A DNA stretch of 64,000 nt. It comes from Gemmatimonadota bacterium. GTDB lineage: Bacteria; Gemmatimonadota; Gemmatimonadetes; Gemmatimonadales; GWC2-71-9. Made by a program: the position numbers and the translations under genes. The notes under the pieces were generated by a model that was not told the DNA's origin, ran no database searches, and saw only the letters and a program-made list of their open reading frames with translations. Of the stretch, positions 1 to 8,749 are shown in pieces; position 1 is the stretch's first letter; every line of letters starts with the position of its first letter. Location: contig JANMYS010000026.1 in assembly GCA_031382385.1 (NCBI GenBank), positions 3,954 to 67,953 of the forward strand, given 5' to 3'.

Positions 1-1649
1 TCAACGAACAGGCGCCGGTGCTGCTTCCGCATCGCGATCAGGTCGCGGTAGACTCGGAAGAGCGCTGTGTCAGGTGCCACGGTGTTCCGCGGTCGGGGTC
101 GCCCCAGTGGGTGGGCGGTCTCGTCATCGTAACGGAGGTCGTTCCACACGAGCGGTTTGCGTTCATCCGGATCATCGGCACCCCACATCCCCACTTCATC
201 GCCGTTCCAGATGTGCGGTGCGCCGATGAAGGTGAATTGCTGCACCAGGATCATCTGCTGGATCCGGCGGGTGCGCTCGTCGGGCCGGTCGATCCGGTAG
301 CCCGGGTCCTCGCGCGGGCTGGAATGGTATTTGTAGCGGCCGGGGTTGTAGACCGAGGTGCTGAATCGCGGTGTATCATGGCTCGCCGTCAGGTTCATCA
401 TTGCCCGCTGGTTCGCGAGGCTGATGCCGGTGGCCAGTGAGTCGAGGCTGGCGGCGTATGCCGTTGCCGTCAAGTGGGGCGGCGCACCGGTAAAGAAGCT
501 CCGCGTGGGGGTGTACCACTGGTAGTGCATCACCGCGTCGAACACGTCGCCTTGGAGCCACGGCGCCGGATCGTAGAGCTTGTCGGGCCACGTCTCCCAC
601 CACACCTCACCGACCAGGTAGGCTTCCGGACTGACCCCCCGGACGAAGCGGCGGTAGTCGCGCCAGAAGCCGAGCGGCACCATTTCGGCGACGTCGAGGC
701 GGAATCCATCAACGCCATCCGAGGGATCACCGTCCCCGTTGGGGTCCAGCCAGCGCCGGCTCACATTGAAGACGAGGTCCCGTACCCCGGGGATGAGGTT
801 GCCCTCGATCGCGCCCTTGGTCTGCCCCGCGGGCCGCCCGACCTTCTTCCATTCCGGCAGGGAAGGGACGCCGGCCCAGCCGCGATACGCGAACTCGCTG
901 GTGTCTGGCGTGGCAGGGTCGTCAAAACGCTCGATCTCGTACCAGTGGGCGAATCGCGACGCTCGCTGGTTCTTGAGCACATCCTTCCACGCCGGGAAAC
1001 TGGTCCCGGTGTGGTTCCACGAGTAATCGATGATGATGCGCATCCCGCGCCGGTGCACCTCGCGCACCAGCACGAGAAACAGGCTGTCCGCTGCGGTCCA
1101 CGTCCACGTGGCGGGATTGGTGAGATCCTCGCCCACGATGCGGGCTTCGTCGCCCCGCGGGTCGGGGCCAAAGTTGCGGTCGATGTGCTGGTAGTTGCGC
1201 GCGTCGTACTTGTGCAGTGACGGTGCGTCGTTGATCGGATTGAGAAAGAGCGCGGTGACGCCGAGGTCCTGCAGGTAATCCAGCCGGTCAAGCACTCCCT
1301 TGAGGTCGCCGCCGTAGCGGCGGAACTGCGCGGTGCCGTAGAAGTCCTTCCCGCTGGCCCTGGCCCACGGTTCCTGGCTGTACCAGTCCTGTGACCAGGG
1401 CGTGGGCCGCCAGCCGTCCGGCGTCGGCTCTGAGGAAAAGCCTTCGATGTCGTGCGCGGCGGGGTCGTTGGACGGATCGCCGTTGCGGAAGCGTTCGACA
1501 AAGATCTGGTACCAGGTCACATCCGCCGGCCAGGCAGGGACCGCAAGATTGAGCGCGGTATCGGTCACCGCCCGGGGCTGTTCCTTCGAGCAGGCGGCGG
1601 CCAGGAGCAGGAAGAGGAGGGGTGCGCTGCCGCGGATCGTGGTACTCAA
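1..1649 (-). CDS. GH13 alpha-amylase-family glycosidase (neopullulanase/cyclomaltodextrinase-like) lipoprotein; 3' end truncated by the window edge
   Basis: Absent from the ORF track because it runs off the left edge. My own minus-strand translation starts LSTTIRGSAPLLFLLLAAAC, a lipoprotein signal with a TTG start at 1649. GH13 conserved regions follow: GMRIIIDYSWNHTG, DGFRLDVAEMVP, GEVWWE, NLTASHDTPRF, GAPHIWNGDEVGMWG. The TTG start overlaps the TGA stop of the upstream gene (ATTGA). Confidence 0.85.
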   Translation of the reverse strand, partial: MSTTIRGSAPLLFLLLAAACSKEQPRAVTDTALNLAVPAWPADVTWYQIFVERFRNGDPSNDPAAHDIEGFSSEPTPDGWRPTPWSQDWYSQEPWARASGKDFYGTAQFRRYGGDLKGVLDRLDYLQDLGVTALFLNPINDAPSLHKYDARNYQHIDRNFGPDPRGDEARIVGEDLTNPATWTWTAADSLFLVLVREVHRRGMRIIIDYSWNHTGTSFPAWKDVLKNQRASRFAHWYEIERFDDPATPDTSEFAYRGWAGVPSLPEWKKVGRPAGQTKGAIEGNLIPGVRDLVFNVSRRWLDPNGDGDPSDGVDGFRLDVAEMVPLGFWRDYRRFVRGVSPEAYLVGEVWWETWPDKLYDPAPWLQGDVFDAVMHYQWYTPTRSFFTGAPPHLTATAYAASLDSLATGISLANQRAMMNLTASHDTPRFSTSVYNPGRYKYHSSPREDPGYRIDRPDERTRRIQQMILVQQFTFIGAPHIWNGDEVGMWGADDPDERKPLVWNDLRYDDETAHPLGRPRPRNTVAPDTALFRVYRDLIAMRKQHRRLFV

Positions 1650-2914
1650 TCAGGCCTCCGTCCGAACAGGTAGGTCAGCGGGTCTTCGAGGCGCGCGCGC
1701 CAGGATGCTTCGTTGTGGGTCGCGCCCTCGTACCGGCGCATCTCGAAGTCCTTCCCCTCACTGAGCCCCAGCGACAGGAGCCAGGTGCGCACTGCGGTCT
1801 GTGTGGGCGCGTAGGTGGAGTCGAGCCCCAGTGTGCCGTAGTCGAACCAGTACCGCGTCCCGCTCGGCACCCGCAGGCCGTTCGCAATGTCGCGGAGAAT
1901 ATAGGGCGTCGTGTCCGGTGCCGCGGATGTGGCCCCGTCGCGGAAATACTGGGCGACCACGGCTTCCGACAGGGGGAAATGGGAGGAGAGACAGCCACAG
2001 GCGCCAAAGACGTCCGGATGATGGGTCACGAGGAAGAACGACAGCAGCCCGCCCATCGAGGAGCCCATGACGGCGGTGTTCGCCGGCCCGGTCCGGGTGC
2101 GGAACGCCGCGTTGACCCGTGGCATCAGCTCCTCGAGCAGGAACCGGGCGTAGTCCGGCGCTGCGCGCCAGGGGGAGTACTCCGGTCCCCGCGAAGTGCT
2201 GCTCCAGACCCCGACGACGATAACCGGCGGGATGATGCCCCGGTCCACCAGCCGAACCACCGCTTCGTCCACGCCCCAGTCCACTCCCGTGTTCGCGATG
2301 CGGGGGTCGAACAGGTTCTGCCCGTCGTGCATGTAGAGCACGGGGTAGCGGGTGGATCGGTCGTCGTCGTAGCCCGGCGGAAGCCAGATCTCCACATTCC
2401 GCGTGGGGCCCAGAAAGGCCGAGTGGACGTCGGTCCAGTACACCAGGCGGCCCAGGACCCCCGAGCCGCGCCAGTCGGCGATATACTCCCGCACGTCCTT
2501 CTTGAAATCGGCGATCTCATGCACCATCACCGTGTCGCGATCGAGGCGGAGCCGGTAGTTGGGCGGGACCACGCCGGCATAGCCCACCGCCTCGCGGTCC
2601 CAGCTGCCGAGCGTGAACTTGTATTCGAAGGTCGTGCCGGGTGGTGCGGTGATCTGCGTGGTTCGCTCACGGCCCTCGCCCGTCAGCGCGACGCCGTCCG
2701 GGCGCCACGGCCCGAGCTGGGGCAGGCTGCCGGCGAGATAGAGGGTGCCGGTGCCTTCCGGCACCCGCACCAGGATGGTCGCCGTGCAGCAGCGCGGGGC
2801 CACCGCGTGGACCAGCGGTGCCGCACCTTGGCCGGAGGAAATGGCAAGCAGTGCCGCGAGAGCGAGTGCGGATCGCACCTGTGGATTCCCTGGTGATGAG
2901 CGGTGGTGGAGCAT
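1646..2914 (-). CDS. Secreted putative esterase (esterase D/enterochelin-esterase-like fold) with an N-terminal starch-binding (CBM20-like) module
   Basis: Track ORF 1646..3079. I start it at the internal ATG because MLHHRSSPGNPQVRSALALAALLAISSG looks like a signal peptide, while the 55 upstream codons are Arg/Pro/Gly junk. TLYLAGSLPQLGPWRPDGVAL...EYKFTLGSW resembles a CBM20 module. YPVLYMHDGQNLF and GSSMGGLLS (GxSxG) fit the putative-esterase family. Confidence 0.7.
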   Translation of the reverse strand: MLHHRSSPGNPQVRSALALAALLAISSGQGAAPLVHAVAPRCCTATILVRVPEGTGTLYLAGSLPQLGPWRPDGVALTGEGRERTTQITAPPGTTFEYKFTLGSWDREAVGYAGVVPPNYRLRLDRDTVMVHEIADFKKDVREYIADWRGSGVLGRLVYWTDVHSAFLGPTRNVEIWLPPGYDDDRSTRYPVLYMHDGQNLFDPRIANTGVDWGVDEAVVRLVDRGIIPPVIVVGVWSSTSRGPEYSPWRAAPDYARFLLEELMPRVNAAFRTRTGPANTAVMGSSMGGLLSFFLVTHHPDVFGACGCLSSHFPLSEAVVAQYFRDGATSAAPDTTPYILRDIANGLRVPSGTRYWFDYGTLGLDSTYAPTQTAVRTWLLSLGLSEGKDFEMRRYEGATHNEASWRARLEDPLTYLFGRRPD

Positions 2915-3081
2915 GGTGTCAGCTGCGAAGTGACCTTCCGCGCGCGGATAAGCTGCAGGGCGGCGCGAGGCTGGGCAAGTTGTGCCGCGATGGCCGTGGC
3001 ACTTCTCGGTCCTCATCGAGATACTGGTCGAATCCGCACCCGGACTGGCGGCGCCGGCCGGTCCAGCCCGACCGAGCACAC

Positions 3082-4308
3082 TCAGGGGGCAGGCGGCATC
3101 GCCTTGAGCGCCGCGAGCCGTTTGCGGGCTGCAGCGATCGCGGGTGCCAGGGAACGTGGCGCCAACCGCAGGAATGCGGCGAAGTGTTCGGCCGACTCCT
3201 CGACAAACCCGCTGCTTTCGTATGTCACGCCGAGGGGGAAGTGGGGTAGCGCATAGTAGGGTTCCAGGGTTGCGGCCTGCTGCAGCACGGATATTCCGCT
3301 GTCGGCGCGTCCAGCCGCTATCAGGAGCACCCCCAAGTCGTATAGGTAGCCCGCGTCCTGCGGGGCGAGGTGTGCCGCCTGTAGATACTCGGCGAGCGCG
3401 CCCGCGGTGTCGTGTGCGGCCAGCCGTGCCCGGGCAAGCTGGCGGTGCGCCGGATGAAAAGTGACGTCATCCAGCAATGCCCGCTCGTACGCCGCCGTCG
3501 CAGAATCGCGTTGCTCGCTCAAGTCGAAGAGGTACCCCATGCTGTATTCGGCAAAGGCATGAGAAACCCATCCGTACGCGGATTCGTCCTCCGCACGGCG
3601 CTCTAGAGTGAGAGCCGTTCTGACGGCCGTGCGTGCACTGTCGATCTGTCCCATGCCGACAAACGCCAGGGCGCGCGAGAACAGCAGATCCGGATCGTGG
3701 GGGTGCTTCTTGATCACCTCGGCGTATACTGAGGCCGCCATCTTGTGATCCCCCCGGGCGTACGCGGCCCAAGCCGCGAAGCGACGGTCAAACATGCCAA
3801 GATCGCGTAACTCGGCCTGGCCGCCGGTTTCGCGGAACACCCAGGTTGACAGGACCACACCATCAAGCCGGCGATCCACCAACGGATTCTTGAGCACCGC
3901 CAAGTACCCGAGGGAATCGATCCGTCGCACCTTGGGATCGCGAAGCGCCCTCTCCCTGCTGGTGAGATACAGGGTGAGGTCGCCAGGAGGCCAGTCCAGG
4001 AGCAACGCGGCGTACAGGCCATAGAGCGGAGCCGCCCACGAGGGGTCGAGCCGGGACGCCCAGTAATACGCGGATGCGGCCTTGTGTTGATCCCGGTCAA
4101 GTACCGAGTTGCCGTAGAGGTAATAGTCGAGTGCGCTGTTGGTGTCCCGGTCGGCGGCCAGTCGAGGCCGGTCAGGGGGTTTATCGAACCCGAGTTGAGC
4201 CGCTCCCGGGTTAGCTCCAGCTCCGGTGAGCAGGAGAATGGCGAAGGCGCGGACGTAGCGCTGACGAGTCGTCCGAGCGCCCGGGGTCGTATTGCTACCG
4301 TGACTCAT
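3082..4308 (-). CDS. TPR repeat-containing protein, probably exported
   Basis: 408-aa ORF with an N-terminal hydrophobic segment (AFAILLLTGAGANPGAAQ). It then has repeated ~34-aa Ala/Tyr/Leu-rich helical units, e.g. AASAYYWASRLDP, MAASVYAEVIKKHP, AHLAPQDAGYLYDLGVLL. Confidence 0.65.
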   Translation of the reverse strand: MSHGSNTTPGARTTRQRYVRAFAILLLTGAGANPGAAQLGFDKPPDRPRLAADRDTNSALDYYLYGNSVLDRDQHKAASAYYWASRLDPSWAAPLYGLYAALLLDWPPGDLTLYLTSRERALRDPKVRRIDSLGYLAVLKNPLVDRRLDGVVLSTWVFRETGGQAELRDLGMFDRRFAAWAAYARGDHKMAASVYAEVIKKHPHDPDLLFSRALAFVGMGQIDSARTAVRTALTLERRAEDESAYGWVSHAFAEYSMGYLFDLSEQRDSATAAYERALLDDVTFHPAHRQLARARLAAHDTAGALAEYLQAAHLAPQDAGYLYDLGVLLIAAGRADSGISVLQQAATLEPYYALPHFPLGVTYESSGFVEESAEHFAAFLRLAPRSLAPAIAAARKRLAALKAMPPAP

Positions 4309-4374
4309 CGGTGGATTCCTCGGTCAGCGGGTTGGATGAGCAAAGAGGCAGTGGCGTAGCACGCGGGGAGATGG

Positions 4375-4896
4375 TCAGGCTCCCGGCTTGTCCCGCTCCT
4401 TCTTCCCCTTCTGGCTCACGAACCAGGTGAGGGCGGCAATCACCAGTGCTGTCGCGGTGCCGTACCCCAGCAGGTCCCGTACGCCGTCCCACGTCGCGAC
4501 CTGACCGAGAAACAGCACCGCCAGCACCACGATGATGACGCCGATCAGCTTTTCCTTCAGGTCGTTCAGGTCGTGGATCTCGAGCCAGTTGGGCAAGTCG
4601 AGCCGATCATCGATGAACAGCTCGAACAGCCCGATCGCAATTACATACAGCACGGTGGCGAGGAGGAAAAGATCGGTCAGTTCGATGACGGAGAGGATCA
4701 GCCCCTTGGCGCCCTTCGACGCCCCCGTTGCAGTAACGAGCCCCTGCAGAATGGAGAAGGTCTCGACCGTGCCGTACACCAGCAGGGCCGTCCCCGCCGC
4801 GAGGGTGGAGAGTACGGCGAGGATGATGAGATAGCGGCTGGCGCCCAGCAGGCGGAGGAGGGGCCCGCCTGGGGCCGGAGAGCTGGGTGGTGTCAT
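4375..4896 (-). CDS. YqhA (UPF0114) family inner-membrane protein
   Basis: 173-aa ORF with several hydrophobic helices. The pattern RYLIILAVLSTLAAG...VIELTDLFLLATVLYVIAIGLFELFID...LKEKLIGVIIVVLAV resembles E. coli YqhA. Confidence 0.6.
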   Translation of the reverse strand: MTPPSSPAPGGPLLRLLGASRYLIILAVLSTLAAGTALLVYGTVETFSILQGLVTATGASKGAKGLILSVIELTDLFLLATVLYVIAIGLFELFIDDRLDLPNWLEIHDLNDLKEKLIGVIIVVLAVLFLGQVATWDGVRDLLGYGTATALVIAALTWFVSQKGKKERDKPGA

Positions 4897-5020
4897 GCCC
4901 CAAGATATGGCACGGCGGTCGGCGTGGCATGGGGGGCGGGGGCAAGCGCCTCTGGGGCCACTGCTGGCTTGACCCCGGCCGCCGGAGTAGGTTTCGCTGC
5001 CCTAACTTCCCGAGCCTCCT

Positions 5021-5623
5021 CTGCCTCCTGTCGCCCGCTCGCTGGCCCTCACGGGGCTGCTTCTGTCTGGCTGTACCCCGCTCGGGGCCTGGGTCTACGA
5101 CGATCCCTCGTTCCACCTGACGCGGGTTGAGCCTCGCTATCCCGGCTCCACCGGGCCGGAGGCGGATTCGCTGAATCTGGTCTTCCTCGCGTGCAATCGG
5201 AATGACTTCGACCTGCAGTTGCAGACCGTCTCCGCTCAGCTTGCGGTGACGGGTCGAGCGCCCGGCCCCGCGGGTCACGCCGCGCACTACACCCTGCCGA
5301 CCCGCACGATGAGCGAAATCGTCGTCACCGTGTCGCTAGCCGACTCCGCCATCGCCGCCGACCAGGTCCATCGTCGCTTCGACCTGGTAGGGCGGACGAC
5401 GGTGAGCACTCCTTCCGGCGACCGCCTGGTTGCGTGGAAACAGCGTGGCTCAGTCTGGAAGAGTGGGGACTCGCTGCATTGGGCCGGAGAACGGGGTATG
5501 GCCTGCCGCCCGGGACTCTCGCAGCTCCCCGCCAATTTCACTCAGCCGAAAATCGTCGCTCCCGTGATCGAGGAACCGCGGCCGGATTCGAGCGGATACA
5601 ATCGATCCCCAGGGAGGCCCTGA
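5021..5623 (+). CDS. LEA_2 / NDR1-HIN1-like lipoprotein (putative); apparent CTG start
   Basis: The track starts this frame at TTG 5219. Upstream, the same frame reads (L)PPVARSLALTGLLLSGC TPLGAWVYDDPSFHLTRV..LVFLACNRNDFDLQLQTVSAQLAVTG, which is a lipobox plus the beginning of a LEA_2-type fold. An in-frame TAA lies at 5003, and there is no ATG/GTG/TTG between 5003 and 5219, only CTG at 5021, 5042, 5057 and 5063. Confidence 0.45.
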   Translation: MPPVARSLALTGLLLSGCTPLGAWVYDDPSFHLTRVEPRYPGSTGPEADSLNLVFLACNRNDFDLQLQTVSAQLAVTGRAPGPAGHAAHYTLPTRTMSEIVVTVSLADSAIAADQVHRRFDLVGRTTVSTPSGDRLVAWKQRGSVWKSGDSLHWAGERGMACRPGLSQLPANFTQPKIVAPVIEEPRPDSSGYNRSPGRP

Positions 5624-5679
5624 GCGGCGAGGGTAGCAGGAAACAGGCTCCGATAACGACAACAACCTCCTTCGCACAG

Positions 5680-5734
5680 CCCAACCGCCTAACAGCCCAA
5701 TCGCCCAATCGCCCAACCGCCCAACCGCCCATCG
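5680..5734. repeat. Tandem 8-bp microrepeat, about 7 units of CCCAAYCG (cccaaccg cctaacag cccaatcg cccaatcg cccaaccg cccaaccg cccatcg)
   Basis: Read directly from the sequence. It lies between convergent 3' ends and abuts the tsaC/sua5 stop codon at 5735. Confidence 0.9.
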
Positions 5735-6733
5735 TCACTCCCGCGCCGCCCGTTCCAGCCGATCCCGCACCGCATCCCATTCGCTGCCCGGCGGTGGTCG
5801 CTCGATCAGGATGAGTTCCACCCCCGCCGCATCGAGCTGGTGCAGCGACTCATACAGCGATCGGGCGTAGCCGGCGGGGTCATCGGGCTGGAGGATCGTC
5901 CGGTCCGCCGCCGGGCGGGCTCCGCGGACGAGCGCCCCCACCATTCCGCCCTCCGCCCTGACCGCCTCCACCAGCGGCAGGACGCTCGACTCCATTCCCC
6001 GCTCGAACAGCTGCACGCGGGCGGCGGGGGCGTAGTGCCGCTCGAGCATGCCGGGTGATGAACGGGGTGCATCCGCCGGCTGCAGTGCCGCGGGCAGCGC
6101 CAGCGGGCCCAGCTCCCCCTCCAGGTCGCGCCGGGAGACCATCCCCGGGCGCAGCAGAACCGGCGGCTGCACCGAGAGATCCACCACGGTGGATTCGATT
6201 CCCACTTCACACGCCCCGCCATCGAGAATCAGCGGGACCCGTCCCCCGAGTCCACGCGCCACATGCACCGCGGTCGTGGGAGACACCTGCCCTGAGCGAT
6301 TGGCGCTCGGCGCCGCGAGGGGCAGGCCGGCGGCGCGCAGCAGCGCGAGGGCGACCGGATGGGCCGGTACCCGCAGCGCGACCGTATCCAGTCCTGCCGT
6401 CACCGCATCGGGGACGGCCGCGGCCCTCGGCAGCACGATGGTCAGCGGGCCGGGCCACCACCGCGCCGCGAGGCGCTCCGCCGCCTCAGGCCACTCCCGC
6501 GTCAGGCGCCGAGCCGCCGCCACATCCGGCACATGGACGATCAGCGGATTGTAGGCCGGTCGCCCCTTCGCGGTGTAGATCCGCGCCACCGCCGCCGGAT
6601 CGAGGGCGTTGGCGCCGAGGCCGTAGACGGTTTCGGTGGGAAAGGCGACGAGATGCCCTGCGCGAAGCATGCTGGCGGCCCGCGCCAGCAGCGCCGGGTC
6701 CGGGTGGGCCCGGTCAATGGGCTCGATGGTCAC
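5735..6733 (-). CDS. tsaC: L-threonylcarbamoyladenylate synthase, Sua5/YrdC type (t6A biosynthesis)
   Basis: 332 aa. YrdC-domain motifs: LVAFPTETVYGLGANALD, KGRPAYNPLIVHV, LAAPSANRSGQVSPT. A C-terminal Sua5-type domain is present. Confidence 0.9.
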   Translation of the reverse strand: MTIEPIDRAHPDPALLARAASMLRAGHLVAFPTETVYGLGANALDPAAVARIYTAKGRPAYNPLIVHVPDVAAARRLTREWPEAAERLAARWWPGPLTIVLPRAAAVPDAVTAGLDTVALRVPAHPVALALLRAAGLPLAAPSANRSGQVSPTTAVHVARGLGGRVPLILDGGACEVGIESTVVDLSVQPPVLLRPGMVSRRDLEGELGPLALPAALQPADAPRSSPGMLERHYAPAARVQLFERGMESSVLPLVEAVRAEGGMVGALVRGARPAADRTILQPDDPAGYARSLYESLHQLDAAGVELILIERPPPGSEWDAVRDRLERAARE

Positions 6734-6742
6734 GGGCGGGCG

Positions 6743-7198
6743 TCAGTCATCCGCCCTGGGCCGCTGGCGGTCCCGCTTTCGGGCGGACTGGGTCTTCTTC
6801 TCGGTGAGACGGCGCTCTTTGGAAGCCCTGGTGGGTCGGGTGGCCCGGCGCACGCGGGGGATCGCGAGAGCTCGCGCGAGCAGGTGCTGGAAGCGCTCGA
6901 TCGCTTCCGCCTTGTTCTGCAGCTGGCTGCGGGAGGCGGCCGCCACGAGCCGCAGGACGCCATCGGCGGTGAGCCGGGCGCCCAGCCGCTCGATGACCCG
7001 GGCCCGCTGGTCCGGCGTCAGGCTGGGACTGTGCGCGGCGTCCCACCAGAGTTCGATACGAGTGGAGGATCGATTGACGTGCTGGCCCCCCGGGCCACCG
7101 CCGGTCGTCGCTCGCAGGGTGAGCTCGGCCAGCGGCACACTGACGCTGGCGGTGATCGGCAGGGGATCGGGGGTGGCCATGGGCGGGGAGGGGCGCAT
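6743..7198 (-). CDS. arfB: Alternative ribosome-rescue factor ArfB (peptidyl-tRNA hydrolase, YaeJ family)
   Basis: 151 aa with the GGQ motif in TTGGGPGGQHVNRSSTRIEL and a basic C-terminal tail (RKRDRQRPRADD). The start may instead be the internal ATG at 7180. Confidence 0.85.
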   Translation of the reverse strand: MRPSPPMATPDPLPITASVSVPLAELTLRATTGGGPGGQHVNRSSTRIELWWDAAHSPSLTPDQRARVIERLGARLTADGVLRLVAAASRSQLQNKAEAIERFQHLLARALAIPRVRRATRPTRASKERRLTEKKTQSARKRDRQRPRADD

Positions 7199-7218
7199 GC
7201 CGCGCCCCGGTGCTGGGG

Positions 7219-7827
7219 CTATGCCTTGGCCGCGGGGGCGCTCTTGGGGATCTGGTCGGAGCGCTCGATGATCTTGCCGACGAGGCCGTACTGGATCGCC
7301 GTCGCCGCGTCGAGCCAGAAGTTGCGGTGGGTGTCGTCCTCGATCCGTTCCAGGCTCTGGCCGGTGGCCTTGGCGAAGACCTTGTTGAGCCGGTCCCGCA
7401 TCCGCAGGATCTCCTTCGCCTCGATCTCGATGTCGGACGCCGTGCCACCGGACCCGCCGGCGGGCTGGTGCAGCAGGAACCGGGTGTTCGGCAGGCAGAA
7501 ACGATGCTCGACCGGGACCGACACGAAGATCAGCGCGCCCGCACTGGCGACCCAGCCGGTGCCGATCATGCGCACCTTGGGCGCGACGAAGCGGATCATG
7601 TCGTGGATCATGTCGCCCGATTCCACATGCCCGCCCGGCGAGCTGATGTAGATCGTGATGTCCTCGGGGGAATCCGCCGCCAGCGCCAGCAGCTGGGCGC
7701 TGACCGACGCCGCGAGCCGCTGGGTGATCTCCCCGCTGATGATCAGGGTCCGGGAGCGGAACAGCCGCTCGGCCATCTGGTTGGACAGGGCGGCCGCAGG
7801 CCGCTCCGAAGGATCTGGGTATTCCAT
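7219..7827 (-). CDS. clpP: ClpP-family protease subunit with a Ser-His-Asn triad variant
   Basis: 202 aa with [22 protein letters not shown] (Ser95), LLHQP (His120) and [15 protein letters not shown]. When aligned by eye to E. coli ClpP ...SLEQIERDTERDRFL, Asp171 corresponds to Asn169 (codon AAC, 7321-7323 on the minus strand). Confidence 0.85.
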   Translation of the reverse strand: MEYPDPSERPAAALSNQMAERLFRSRTLIISGEITQRLAASVSAQLLALAADSPEDITIYISSPGGHVESGDMIHDMIRFVAPKVRMIGTGWVASAGALIFVSVPVEHRFCLPNTRFLLHQPAGGSGGTASDIEIEAKEILRMRDRLNKVFAKATGQSLERIEDDTHRNFWLDAATAIQYGLVGKIIERSDQIPKSAPAAKA

Positions 7828-7939
7828 CGCGCTGCTCGTCGTGGTGGTGAGAGAAGCGGAATCCTACCCGGCGTCAGCATCATGCCGCAAGCGGTGGCCG
7901 AGGCTGTCGCCACCCGGGGCAACGGCTTACGTTTTTGCC

Positions 7940-8749
7940 ATGGGTTCTCTGGCACTCCTGGACGCGCACCTCCGCACGCTCGGCCGCGTCCTGCTCGGCT
8001 ACTCCGGCGGGGTGGACTCCTCCCTGCTTGCACTCGCGGGCCGGAACGCGCTCGGACGCGACCGTTTGCTCGCCGTGATCGGGAGGAGCCCCTCGTACCC
8101 CGAGGTGCAGTACCAGGCTGCCCTCGCCACGGCCCGCCGATTCGACATCCCGCTGCTCGAGGTCGACACCCACGAGCTGGAGGATGATCGCTACCGCGCC
8201 AATCCCACCAACCGCTGCTACTTCTGCAAGACCGAGCTGTGGCGCGTGCTCCGTCAGGTCGCCGCCGACCGTGGCGCTGACACGATCATCGATGGGACGA
8301 ATGCCGATGATCTCGGCGACCACCGGCCCGGACTGCGAGCTGCCGGCGAGCACCAGATTCGCTCCCCCCTCGCCGAACTGGGCTGGACCAAGGCGATGGT
8401 CCGCGCCGCCGCCGAATCGCTCGGCCTCCCGACCTGGGACGCCCCGGCGGCACCCTGTCTCGCCAGTCGTATCCAGTACGGGCTGGCGGTGACACCGGAA
8501 CGGCTGCACCAGGTGGAAACGGCGGAGGCACTGCTGCGGGCGCGTGGGGTGGTCGGCGACCTCCGGGTACGCCATCGCGGTGAGCATGCCTCGGTCGAAC
8601 TGCTCCCCGCCGAGGGCGCGCGAATGGCCGGCCAGTGGGACGCCATCCGGCGGGAGCTCGAGGCGGTCGGATTCGCCAGCGTCACCCTTGACCCGCGCGG
8701 CTACCGCCGGGGCGGGCTGCTGACCGAGCTTCCGGTGCTGGACGGCTGA
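7940..8749 (+). CDS. larE: PP-loop ATP pyrophosphatase, LarE-like (ATP-dependent sulfur transferase family)
   Basis: Track ORF 7655..8749, trimmed to the ATG at 7940 (MGSLALLDAHL). Motifs: PP-loop LGYSGGVDSSLL, NRCYFCK, and CLASRIQYG carrying the conserved Cys. Confidence 0.75.
   Translation: MGSLALLDAHLRTLGRVLLGYSGGVDSSLLALAGRNALGRDRLLAVIGRSPSYPEVQYQAALATARRFDIPLLEVDTHELEDDRYRANPTNRCYFCKTELWRVLRQVAADRGADTIIDGTNADDLGDHRPGLRAAGEHQIRSPLAELGWTKAMVRAAAESLGLPTWDAPAAPCLASRIQYGLAVTPERLHQVETAEALLRARGVVGDLRVRHRGEHASVELLPAEGARMAGQWDAIRRELEAVGFASVTLDPRGYRRGGLLTELPVLDG

Noticed and set aside
4887-5120. 77-aa plus-strand ORF upstream of the LEA_2-like gene, considered as a possible real gene or as the true N-terminus via frameshift.
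   Set aside because: The translation (GGRRGMGGGGKRLWGHCW...) has no signal-peptide or domain character. The adjacent frame gives a coherent lipobox plus fold without needing a frameshift.
5680-5734. Whether the short tandem repeats (also at 11232-11318, 21558-21652, 22904-22924) could be CRISPR arrays.
   Set aside because: The units are only 7-8 bp and directly adjacent with no spacers. No cas genes are present in the window.
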